DNA of 64,000 nucleotides from contig CDROCS010000480.1 in NCBI GenBank assembly GCA_977020255.1, forward strand, positions 744,001 to 808,000, written 5' to 3'. Both the position numbers and the translations under genes were made by a program. Under the pieces are notes generated by a model, which worked only from the letters and a program-made list of their open reading frames with translations, ran no database searches and was not told where the DNA came from. Below are positions 40,110 to 50,710 of this stretch, in pieces (within the stretch, counting starts at the first letter, position 1; every line of letters begins with the position of its first letter). Source of the stretch: Obrimoposthia wandeli. Its lineage: Eukaryota.

Positions 40110-41100
40110 AAAATATTTATTTTTATGACACACTAATCGTTTTGCAACGATAACCATAAAATACATAAATATCTACAGTTTCGGATCCTGATTGTATCTT
40201 GCTGTATAATACTCTTCTTCGTCCTTTTTAAATAGTCGAAACAAGTTTGTGTGGATAATACATTGCAAGTGGATCAAATACATGTATTGTCCACTCTAAC
40301 ACAGCGGTTCCCAATCTTTCTGGTGCGGTGACCCCTTGATAACATTTGCCAAGTTGCAGTAACCCCAAGGATAAAACAATTTGTTATATTTTAACTACAA
40401 AAAATGTATTGGCACAATGTTTTTTATTTACAAATTTGCAATAATTGAATCATAATAATTTTATCGACACAACAATTTGTTATATTTTAACTACAAAAAA
40501 GTTCGAATTGCGAAAACCAAAAAGCGTCAGTGAGAAAGCTGTGCTTGTTTCTTTCTTGCCAGATCTGAAATCCTTGGAGGAGTCTTTGAAAGAGCATAAC
40601 GCAGATCATCTTCTGCAACATGTCTGCTCCTGTATTTAGATTTGATAACCAATAAGCTTGAAAAGCTTGTTTCACAAAGATATGTTGTTGAAAAAGGAAG
40701 AATCAGGCGCAAAACTGTTTTTATTAATTTTATCTAACTTAGTAGAATATGGGTTAATTGACTATTATAATTAGAGAATAGTGATATTACCGCGAGAATA
40801 CAACATAAGGACATTCGGTATCATAAAACAACTTTTTAAAAGGCCTTGCTGCCTTAAGCGACTCCAGACAAATTATCAGGCGACCCCAGTTGGGATCGCG
40901 ACCCACAGGTTGGGAACTGTTGCTCTAACATAAATAGCTATCCAAAGTTCTCCTGGTAAATTCGAGGTATGAGTATTGATAATGTAACCTCCAGATTGAA
41001 AAAATGGGATCATATCAATAGGATAAACTCCATTGAAATTATCACTCAGGAACTTCTCTGCTGATTCTTGTACTTGTACTGAACTAAATAAAAATTAATA
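40110..41100 (-). pseudogene. Adenain-like protease split by a hAT insertion
   Basis: FNGVYPIDMIP..YIINTHTSNLPGELWIAIYV [insertion 40302-40922] TIHVFDPLAMYYP; catalytic His replaced (GEHW to GELW). Confidence 0.85.
40302..40922 (-). mobile_element. Non-autonomous hAT (Charlie/Buster-type) element
   Basis: TIRs cagcggttcccaa / ttgggaactgttg; 8-bp TSD CTCTAACA (40294-40301, 40923-40930); hAT dimerisation C-terminus LPFSTTYLCETSFS..EDDLR..KQAQLSH. Confidence 0.95.
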
Positions 41101-41116
41101 AATGTCTTACTTCATT

Positions 41117-42348
41117 CTATAATATGACAGTTCTGTTTTTATTGATTTTTATTTCCGAATCAAATACTCCGTAAATAAGCACCGTAGTAGGATGTGTTAA
41201 AGCTGCATTGAACTTTATTTCTAGTCGTAAATTTCCATTCTTTGGTAGTTGGCATTGGTTTATATCAAAGTCTGGTGCCAAAACAAATGTGAAGAATGGG
41301 CAGCTACTTTTAAACTCAGTGAAATAAATACCATTGTTTATATTTTTATCTAGTTGACCCAAATTCCGAATAATAGATTGCGTATAAGCCAAAGCATAAG
41401 CGTTACCTTCGAAATCTGTTTTATATGTTTCACGATAATCATTATTTCTTGAAAGTGTCACTGAACCTACATTAAGATTGTCAAATTGAGTTACATCTGT
41501 CGTATAATTTCCTACAAACTTTGCAGTTTTTTTTTGAAAAGAAATTAAAACGAATTTCGGTAATCTTACATCACCAAAATTTTGATCATTATTAAAAGCT
41601 TGTGTACCCGTACTTAAAGAATAGGATATAAGTTTAGTTTCTCTAATAGGATAACAAGCATTGTTTTTTTCCATTCCTATATTATGTGCCATTAAAACTA
41701 GTTGCTCGGTTTTAACTCTTCGAACATACAATTTTGCATCCAAAATATCAAGTCTAGGTTTTAGAACGTCTGTGCTTATCAAAGAAAAATTATATTTATT
41801 ACGCTTCAAACAGAGATGTACATTAACACTGGGAATTAAATATTTCAGTTGTTCAAAGAAATTCAATTTCAAAGACCCACACATTTCGTAAGCTTTAGAA
41901 CCTGCATTCCATTCTTTGCGAATTGCGACCGTTTTATCATAACTAATGGTTGCCAAATTAGTATTTTGAGTATCAGTACTATAATTCAATAGACTTTTAA
42001 TCAAAGCTTTATGAGCATAGAAAGATTTCCACCTTCAATTTTGACATTATTAAGAGTAACAATGGCATCACTAAATAAAGAATTAAAGATATAATTTACA
42101 GGTGTTACATCGGCATTTTCATCTAAATTAGTACCATCCCGATTTAATACTTTTATTTGAACATAAAGCAAAGTATCATTCAAATCTAAATACTTGCTAT
42201 TGGAACCATTAATATTAAATTCTAAATCGGTTAAAGTGGTTCCTGAAACTGAGTTAACTAGAAATATTTATTCAAAGGAAGCATTATCTACAACTACTTG
42301 TGGAAGTGGTTTATCAAAAATACACAATTCGGTTTTGGCGCAACTCAT
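41117..42348 (-). pseudogene. Major capsid protein (double jelly-roll, PY)
   Basis: MSCAKTELCIFDK..LEFNINGSNSKYLDLNDT..HKALIKSLLNY..RLPKFVLI..GNLRLEIKF..VLIYGVFD; one stop and one frameshift near 42001. Confidence 0.93.
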
Positions 42349-42398
42349 TTTGCAAATATTGTTCCTTCAACTTTCTTACGTTTGTTTATATTAATTTT

Positions 42399-42722
42399 TT
42401 ACTTATTTTTACGTTTAAATCCACTACCTCCTTGGCTTTTATTTGATTTACATTTTCTTATCAAATTAGCAACTTCAGGTAAAACATTATCAAGTTCATC
42501 AAGCGCATGCTTCTTAAAAGTTGGTATTAGTTTATTGTCATTAGATGAAAGGTAATCCTTTCCTAATTTTGATATAAATCGCCCGAGTCTCTTTAAAAGA
42601 GGAAAGGCAAATCTACTTAATGTTCTAAGCCAGCCAGATCCATATTGCTTACCAAAAAAATATGTTAATTCACCACATTGTTGGCTTTGACTATAAGCTT
42701 CAATTATTTCTGGATTCGCCAT
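42399..42722 (-). CDS. Conserved Polinton core-like basic protein
   Basis: Intact 107 aa; KQYGSGWLRTLSRFAFPLL; basic C-terminus after QGGSG. Confidence 0.75.
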   Translation of the reverse strand: MANPEIIEAYSQSQQCGELTYFFGKQYGSGWLRTLSRFAFPLLKRLGRFISKLGKDYLSSNDNKLIPTFKKHALDELDNVLPEVANLIRKCKSNKSQGGSGFKRKNK

Positions 42723-43329
42723 TTTGTTTTCTTAAATGTATTGTTAAACTTGTCTTGGCCCCGTACGTGAAATCTATTGGTTGTCCGGAATCATCTATAA
42801 TATTTACTTCAATATTGTTTATAGAAAAGAGAGCAACTGGAAGATACATTGGTTGATCTATACACATAACGACAGCGTCCCCATCTTTGTTTCATTTTTA
42901 AGTATCCCGTCTATTACGAGATAATGTTTGTTCACTATCAAAACTGAATTGAAGAGCTTCTTTTTCAGTTTCAAAGTTAATTTTAATAACTTTAAGATAT
43001 TTTAATAGATTTTTAAATCTGATTTTGTTATTTTCAAATATTACTTTCACTTGTTTATCTATACAATTGTAATATAATTGTCCTTTAATATCAAACCCGA
43101 TCACAACTTCAGTTGTTTTTTCATGATCAAATTCGTTTGTAAACAAAATATGTGAGTTTTTTCTGATAGTAATTGGAGAATAACAAAAGGAAAATTCTGT
43201 TAAAGCCGCTTCCCATTCTCCTTGTAGATTTATAAGGTTTTCCCAATCGATAATAAAGTTACTAGCGTCATTATCTGGTTGAGTCTTTGGGCATCCGTTA
43301 CTAGGTAAAACCATATACATAGACTTCAT
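42720..43329 (-). pseudogene. Minor capsid / penton (PX)
   Basis: MYMVLPSNG..LINLQGEWEAALTEFSF; C-terminal MYLPVA..IEVNIIDDSGQPI; shorter than the 6090-7115 copy. Confidence 0.85.
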
Positions 43330-44354
43330 ATTATATTAGATGCTGATATCCAAGTTGGGTCTGAATAACCATGCCATTTAACAAAGTATTGTTTATGTTT
43401 GCCGGCAACCTTAGATTTTAATATTTTTTGAATACGGAAAACGCTAGGTTTATTTGATATTACTTGTAGTTCTTGCTCGTAAAATTTACTGTGAATGATA
43501 TTATTGTCAGCATCTTTAATAGTATACATTATTGGATTACTCTTTTGATCAATTTTACTTATACAAAATATTTCATCGCTTCAATTCTGATCAAAGCTTT
43601 TAATAAACAGAGTAGAGCTAATTTTCAAATTTCGAACATATTTGTTTTTCTTATATTTAGCTTTTTTAATATTTTCTTTTTTATTCCTGTCCATCCAAAT
43701 ATACATAGAGTTTTTATTAGTAACATCAACAGGTTTCATTCCCTTGAGAACTCTATGTTCAGAGTGATTATTTGCATGTATTATTTTAGTTAAAACTTGG
43801 ATCCATTTTTTATTTCCTTCTTTTGTGAAATACTTTTTTATTCGATCTCTTAAAGTACGATTAAATCTGTCTACTACTGCTGCTTTGTATTGTGAAAACA
43901 CAGAGTAGTGATTTATATTATTTTGTTTAAATAATGATTGAACTTGCTTATTATAAAATTCTTTTCCTAAATCAGTTTGCACATTTTGTGGAATGTCCTC
44001 TTTTAATATTTCTTTAATGGCTTCAAGCATAGCTATTGAAGACTTTGCTTAAACTGGAATTGCACGAGCAAATCTGCTAAATACATCAATACATGTTAAA
44101 ATATATCGATATCCCTTATTAATGGAAGAATATGGGATCATCTCCATCAAATCCATTTGCCATAAATTATTATGACCGCTGGTTTTGTAAGCTCAAGTTG
44201 GAAACCTTCTTCTTGTCGGCTTGTTCAGACTGTATGCTAACTGATCGCTCAGCCATTTCTGCGTTTTCTTGTAATTCTGTTTTATTCTTTTTGCTAATTT
44301 TGAAACTCCTGTGTAGCCAATTGGATCTTATGGATTGAACCATATCTTCTCCAT
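43326..44354 (-). pseudogene. RVE c-integrase with chromodomain
   Basis: QLDLADM-like region (NGFDGDDPI), VQTDLGKEFYN, AAVVDRFNRTLR, QYFVKWHGYSDPTWI; stops. Confidence 0.93.
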
Positions 44355-44439
44355 TACAACAATTTGAATAGAAAGAAATTTTAATTTAGGTAAAGAAAGG
44401 TTAGCACCCATATCTTTAGGTTATTTTTGAAATAATTGT

Positions 44440-44766
44440 TTATGAACGTGTCGCAGCTATAATACTACTGATAATTGAAGCAACAACTGTAATAACAGCC
44501 CATATGAAACCACCATTATGTTTAAGAATAATATTTCGTTTCCTTTTTTTACTTTTTACATTAGCAATATCTAGAGATTTTCTATATTTCTTTAATACAT
44601 TTTTTCGTTTTCCAATTTTTACTTGACCCAAAACTATATTATACAAAACTTCCCATAAATCATCTACAACAAAAGATGGAAAGGCTTTAAGAATAATCAT
44701 TCTCTTATGAGAAGAAGCTTTGACCAAAGCTTTAAAATAGGGTATGCTTCTTTGTATTTTCTTCAT
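44440..44766 (-). CDS. Conserved small Polinton protein with C-terminal GGF plus amphipathic/hydrophobic tail
   Basis: ..EVLYNIVLG..LKKYRKSL..KRNIILKHNGGFIWAVITVVASIISSII; intact 108 aa; between ATPase and INT. Confidence 0.7.
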   Translation of the reverse strand: MKKIQRSIPYFKALVKASSHKRMIILKAFPSFVVDDLWEVLYNIVLGQVKIGKRKNVLKKYRKSLDIANVKSKKRKRNIILKHNGGFIWAVITVVASIISSIIAATRS

Positions 44767-44945
44767 TTTAATAAAAAAGGTTCAATTTGAATATTGTTTA
44801 TATTCGAAGCCATTTAAGTTTTCTTTTATTTCTAACTACAGATTTGAATAATTTATTCACTTCTTTTTTCTTAATGATTCTTTTTTTTGATTTCTTAGGC
44901 TTTACTTTACGTTTTACTATCAACTTCGTAAAAGGCATTGCAAAT

Positions 44946-45592
44946 TTATTTTTTATGATTGTTTTCTATTTGTTTATAAACAGTTACTCCCTTAGAATTA
45001 AATATGTCAGTTAAAACACGTAAATCATCTGGGCAAGCTTGTGTAAAGTCAATAAATATATACCCATGTGCTTGTTTAGCAGCATCGTGGAATGAATCAA
45101 CTAGAAAGTTCTTATTTTGGGGAAATACCTGTCTGACCACGAAATCTACAACTGTTTGAGCTCTAGGATTTTTAAATAAAACTAAGTAATGTACATTAAG
45201 ATTTCTAGTTCTATGGTGACCTCCTTGGTGAAAAAGATTTTGAGTGATAAATATAACTGTTACTTCACGATGTCTTGCAATCTTCGTAAATAAATTATTA
45301 AAGTCCGATTCCTTATGAGTCTCCTGATAAAAATCATCAATTATTATTACATCTTCTTTTTCAATCTTTCATACCAATTTGCATCAAATCCTTCAATAAA
45401 TTGTATTCCCTTCAACTTGCAAACTTCTGTTTTGGTTAATCCGCTTTCCCCTCCTCCACCATCATGCCAATAAATATTTTTGAAACTAGATTTGAAAAGA
45501 GATTCATTTTGCAACAATCTACATACGAAATGTGTCTTTCCACTTCCACTGGGACCAACTATTTGAAATACAGCATTATTATTTAGCTCCAT
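44946..45592 (-). pseudogene. A32/FtsK-HerA-family packaging ATPase
   Basis: Walker A GPSGSGKT, Walker B IIIDD, RHREVTVIFITQNLF, HGYIFIDF; one frameshift near 45355. Confidence 0.95.
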
Positions 45593-45929
45593 TGCATATA
45601 CTCTTTCATTTTTAATATTGTTTATATTATCATAGAAGTTTCCTATTTGAAATGTACAATGTTAGAGCTATTGTAGATGAAATACAAAAATTAATTAATG
45701 AATATTTGGCTATAATTTTATTTATTTGTGTACGATTTCTAAATTCTCGAATAACGTGTGATCTAACCAATATTTCAATGTTATCTCTTGTTATATCATT
45801 ATTTTTTAATTCTGATAAAAAATTTTACCCCTAATTTTTCCAGAAAATATTTCGTCGACAAGACGATCTACTTCATTGTCTGTATTTATAGTATTATTCA
45901 TTTGAAACAATAAGTTTAAATGGGTTTGT

Positions 45930-46429
45930 TTATAGAAAAGATAACAAGATGTAATAAGATATATTTTCTAAAATCAAATCAACAATGTCTGGATAATCAA
46001 AATTTTTCAATACCAATATCATAACTTTACCACTGGAAAATATATTTACACATAGCGGTTTAAACTTCAAATAACTGAGAGCAGGAAAAATTTCTGGTTC
46101 AAACATGCATTTTTCTTTCATTTTCTCTGCAGTTTTAAAAAGATTTATCTGTTTCCCGAGATTAGCCGAAATCGTGATTGATTGTATTGCAGTGATTTGA
46201 ATTCCACATGGTAAATTGAACCCAAGCATTGGTATTTTGTATCCCATAACACGACAATTTCCTAAAGAATTCAATATGAAAATAAAATAAAAAACTAACC
46301 TGTAGGAAAAATAACAACTGTTAAATTGTCAAACATTTCTACATATTGTCTCGGCTTCCATTCATTAAATGGTAAGTACGAAACATCATCTTCTGTTCTA
46401 CCTTTATAATTTATATTTACGAGTTTCAT
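45930..46429 (-). CDS. TATA-binding protein (TBP)-like gene, 2 exons, 153 aa
   Basis: Exons 46429-46300 and 46261-45930, 38-nt GT-AG intron. Repeat 1 LVNIN..WKPRQY..TVVIFPTGNCRVMG; repeat 2 IQSIT..FEPEIFPALSY..VNIFSSGKVMIL. Confidence 0.88.
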
Positions 46430-46544
46430 TAGACTGAAATTGTATTCTGTAAAATCTTCTTTATATATGTCTGAACCTGCTTTTTTATTGCACGTTTCTT
46501 GTAATTATCTTGCAAACCTATTATAATTGGATGATATATTTCTT

Positions 46545-46647
46545 CCAATCAATTTTGATTTTTAATATAGATTTAGTCCAATCAAATTCAATGCTTTAGT
46601 TATATTAACCAATGAGATTCATGTCTTTGTTAGAAATTAGTATAAAA
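46545..46647 (+). promoter_or_regulatory. Candidate bidirectional promoter: three CCAAT boxes plus TATAAAA
   Basis: CCAAT at 46545, 46578 and 46609; TATAAAA at 46641; between the divergent TBP-like gene and ORF 46679. Confidence 0.5.
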
Positions 46648-46678
46648 GAATGTGCCATTGGAGGACAAATCACAGTAA

Positions 46679-47155
46679 ATGCATTCATATCAAAGACAAT
46701 TATCAACGATGGACGATAGCCAACGAGTATTAAGCGATGACGAAGAAATGTTTGAAGAATCGGATAAGGATATGTATGAAGAAGTGAAACAATATTTCAA
46801 ATACAAAGTCAGATTCTTGAAGAAGGCTCAACTGATTGCTTTAGTAAATCCTGTGACAATTGAAAGAAGAAAGTTCAGCTATTATCTATCACGTATTCAA
46901 AAACCTGATTTTCAATATCTTAAACAGAAAATAGAAAAGGCAGTTCCAAATTTTACTTTTAATAAGAACGAATTTTATATCCGAAGAGCCGATGAAGCAT
47001 TTCTAGATGACTATGGAAGATATGTTGATATTGATGCGTTTCCGAAAAAGAAGCAATGGACTCTAACAATTCGACTTTATGGTTACAAGAAAGATGAAAT
47101 GGGGACAAAGTTGCCTATGTGGAAAATTGAACGTGCTCATATTTCTATGTTTTAA
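46679..47155 (+). CDS. Conserved Polinton ORF of unknown function (possible OB-fold ssDNA-binding protein)
   Basis: Intact 158 aa, acidic N-terminus; homolog at 14133-14800. The functional guess is inference only. Confidence 0.7.
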   Translation: MHSYQRQLSTMDDSQRVLSDDEEMFEESDKDMYEEVKQYFKYKVRFLKKAQLIALVNPVTIERRKFSYYLSRIQKPDFQYLKQKIEKAVPNFTFNKNEFYIRRADEAFLDDYGRYVDIDAFPKKKQWTLTIRLYGYKKDEMGTKLPMWKIERAHISMF

Positions 47156-48749
47156 CTTTTGTGTGTAATAAATTGTAATCGGTTTTACTATGTTTCTTTC
47201 ATTTAATAATCAGTTTTATTTGTATCCTATTTGTATCTTATGTGTATTTTTTTATAAACATTGTTTTTAATCAGTTTCCTTATTTTAGAATGGATATGAG
47301 ATGTGTAGGAAATTTTTATTATCCAGAAGAATTTCAAAAGGAAAACTATGTAATATATTAAAGAGGTATCAAATTATACGAGTTATGAATCCTGTGAAAA
47401 TATCAAAAGTGGAGAATAAATATCTCATCGAAATTTTAACAACATCTGATATTGATCAATTGAAACATATTTTAGGATTTTAATATTCCTGATTATGTAT
47501 ATGAATGAAATTGTTTCCAGCTTGAAACTGATCCCTATCTGGCTTTTAAAGATAATCTAGGATATTTGATTGCTCCAATTCTAGATGAAGAACTATGGAA
47601 TATCTCAATACGTCTCAATTGATATTTTGCTGATGACTGGAAAATGCAGCCACTTTGGACTTTGAGTGAAGCCAATATGTTGTTTTATGTTTAATAAATA
47701 TTTTGAAAAATAATTTTGACTCATATTTTGGTTTTTTCTCCTCTAAATTATATAGATCTGACCTAATTTTTCTTTTATAAATCTGACCTAAATATTTAAC
47801 ATAAACATGTAGTAATCTAAAATCTTTCTTAAAAATAGTAGTAATATATTCACATATTATTTTAAATCTCATCTGCGATAATCCACCGGGGCCAATATGG
47901 ATTCACGTGGTCTTCTCTAATCACTTTTAAGATATGCGGTAAATTTCAAAGTAAAATAAAAAAATATGTGGGGGGACCCCCCTCCTATTCGATTATTTTT
48001 CAATTTTTCCCTACACACATAGACGAAATTTCACTCCACACACATGCACGGTTTTAAATGACTGTGGTATCCTCCCGGGGGAGGAGAAGGGGGTGGATTA
48101 GACCGGACACATCCACCTACTATCAAGATATCGAAGTGTGAATGGAAAAGGAATAATTTCTTTAATAGCTGTTCAAGAAAATAATGATAAAATAAAGTCG
48201 ATTAGAAATTTTTCTGACAGTTAAGTCAATTTGCAATCAGTAATATCAAAGATTTCGTAAAGAAATACAGCACCGGTGAGAAAAACTATAACATACATTC
48301 CCAACACTGGATTTGAAAAATACCTATATGCAATTTCATGTTTAAATATCAGGACATCGAATTTAAAATTAATTTACTTTCTCACAAGGCTGAAATTTGA
48401 ATTTAACTGTAACAAAGATCACGAGTCAGGTATTAAATAAGGTACTAACATGACCATATAGGCCAAAATAAATTTTGATCAAATGTTGAAGTTATGCTTA
48501 CTCAGCTCATAACAAACGCACAAACAATATTAATTAATAATAATTAATTATCAACACGGATATTTTAATGGTGCCCGAGTTCGAGTAATATTGTAGAAAA
48601 CACTAGCAGTGATTAAAATTAATTTTATAACCTTTTTATGATTTAACTAAACAATTCGAACTCAGTGTAATGCAGTTGTATAAGAAATTGTTTTATTTGA
48701 CAAATATTCTCATTTATTAAATGATGAAAAACGTTTTTCAAATTTGCAG

Positions 48750-49041
48750 GATATAGTAAAGTCGCTGATCATTACAATGGAGCGTTAAACTGGCTTTTTC
48801 AGAAGAACATGGAGAAATACTCAGTTTTAGACAGTAAAATGACACATATCTTCAATCCATCTGCATTGAAAGCTGTGATCATTGTTGAAGACGATATAGA
48901 AGTGTCACCAGACTTCTTTCAGTATTTTAATAGTACATATCCAATTCTAGAAACTGACAAAACCCTCTACTGTGTCTCAGCTTGGAATGACAATGGTCGC
49001 GCAAATCTCACAGATTCCAAGGGTGCAGATCGAATGTTCAG
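48750..49041 (+). CDS. MGAT1: MGAT1 exon 3
   Basis: (G)YSKVADHY..VIIVEDDIEVSPDFFQYF..CVSAWNDNG..RMFR; phase-1 acceptor and phase-2 donor fit the neighbouring exons. Confidence 0.95.
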
Positions 49042-49699
49042 GTTACTGTTCTCTTTAGTTTTTTGAGCATCACACGGGTTTTAGTCATTGTAAAATAAGT
49101 AGACTGTATATTATGCACACAAAATGGCATTGGTATGATACAGTCGATACACTGTCAGCAACAACAGTAGAAGACGATTTAACAACGGTTGTTATGCACC
49201 ATTAAATTATATTTTGGAATGAAATACTTTGTCCTTATTACCTATATATTTTTTTAATATAAACTATAAAAAATCAATAGATGCATCCCGGTGTTATTTA
49301 GAATTACTTAAATTTTCGTTTGAATATAAATTTTAAAAATTATTAAATTTAAACCAGCTTAAATTAATTAGTAATTTTGTTAAGCATAAACAGTTGCTTA
49401 CATGTTGATTTGTGACAATTGACGAATCCTGCTGCTCAAGCGTCAATAAACAATTTTTTGTTGACTAACCCACTAACTCCAGTGGTGGAAATATAAATTT
49501 CTAATTAATTTTCAATTTCAAACTAAATCTAAATACAATTTAAAAATAAACGTTAATTATTAATTTACAACTAACGCATAATATTACTAAGCATGAAATT
49601 ATATTATTCATGAAAATAATTTAATTATCATTGCGAAATTTTATGATATTTTTTAGTATATGCCTTTTTATATGCTTTTAACATTTCCCCTTCCTTTCT

Positions 49700-49995
49700 C
49701 CAGTCAACCTTATTCTAGGGAAGGATATTGTATACAAAGAAAAGACAACTCTCCCCAAAACTACCGATGACGTCTCTGGGATCGTTTATGTTACCAACTT
49801 TTTTAAAAAAAATTTACCAGCTTTAAGATTACTCTTGTCTCTCACCCATATCTGATAACTGAGTTACCAGTTAGCTTAGGACCAACTAACCCATGGTCAA
49901 ATTTTGTTTACATGGAACCCTTCTCCACTTCAGTCTCACTTGAATAATTGCTACTACTACCAAGATCTGTACCCGTGACCGCTCCACTCTGATTA
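49700..49995 (-). rRNA. Degenerate 28S rRNA fragment (non-functional)
   Basis: Reverse complement reads GGTACAGATCTTGGTAGTAGTAGCAATTATTCAA..GACTGAAGTGGAGAAGGGTTCCATGT..CATGGGTTAGTTGGTCCTAAG, matching conserved LSU rRNA core; no other rDNA nearby. Confidence 0.85.
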
Positions 49996-50079
49996 AAGCC
50001 CTGTAAAAGAAATTTGACGCAGACTATATGTAAACAATGTTTTTCTTAAAGTGAAAATTCACATGAAACAGAAAAGTTG

Positions 50080-50710
50080 CCAAACCAAATGGATTGTCAT
50101 TACATTGAAGAGTTCAGAAATTGAGAGCATATGCAAGAACTTAGTAATCACCGGTTCCGACAGTTGGGGATGTGCGTCATCGAAAACAACGAAGTAGGTA
50201 AAATGTATCCCGAGTAGATAATTTTCAAGGTTAACGAAGACTAATACTTTTTTCTAAATATGTAGGTGTGCATGATGATGTCATTGTTATATCTGTTTAA
50301 ATTATCACAAAAAATGGCAAACATTTTAAAAAAATATATTTAAATTTGCAAAATATTGCAAAATCAAAAAGTAATTAAAACGTTTTCATGGTGTAGGTGT
50401 GTATGATAATGAATCGTCATTTATTCTATAAATCTGTAAGTGTATATGACTTCATCGATGAATCGCGTTGTTTACTCCATTATCATTGTAAATGCTCTTT
50501 CAATACGTTTTGATGGGCATAAGTTCGGATATGTCCTCAATATCATTGCGAGTGGCTGCAGAGGCAGCTAGTAACGGTTGCGGCCAAGTATTCTTCCGCT
50601 GCAACTATATTGGCAGTTGTATGACCTCCAGGTGTATTTATAAAAGGAACAACCTCATTTGCAATAGCCACTGTCTTGATAAGGGGAAAATGTATAATAA
50701 CAAATAAACT
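50080..50710 (+). mobile_element. Ginger/KRBA2-SCAND3-type integrase C-terminal remnant
   Basis: ISLRVAAEAASNGCGQVFFRCNYIGSCMTSRCIYKRNNLICNSHC Cys-rich tail. Confidence 0.6.

Larger units (their letters stand above)
33695..48121. mobile_element. Full-length Polinton/Maverick element B (14,427 bp) in MGAT1 intron 2
   Basis: Starts AGTAGGTGGATGTGTCCGGTCTAAT and ends with its reverse complement. Imperfect TIRs at 33695-33791 and 48025-48121. Perfect 6-bp TSD ATCAAG (33689-33694, 48122-48127). Carries pPolB, PRO, MCP, mCP, INT and ATPase. Confidence 0.97.
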
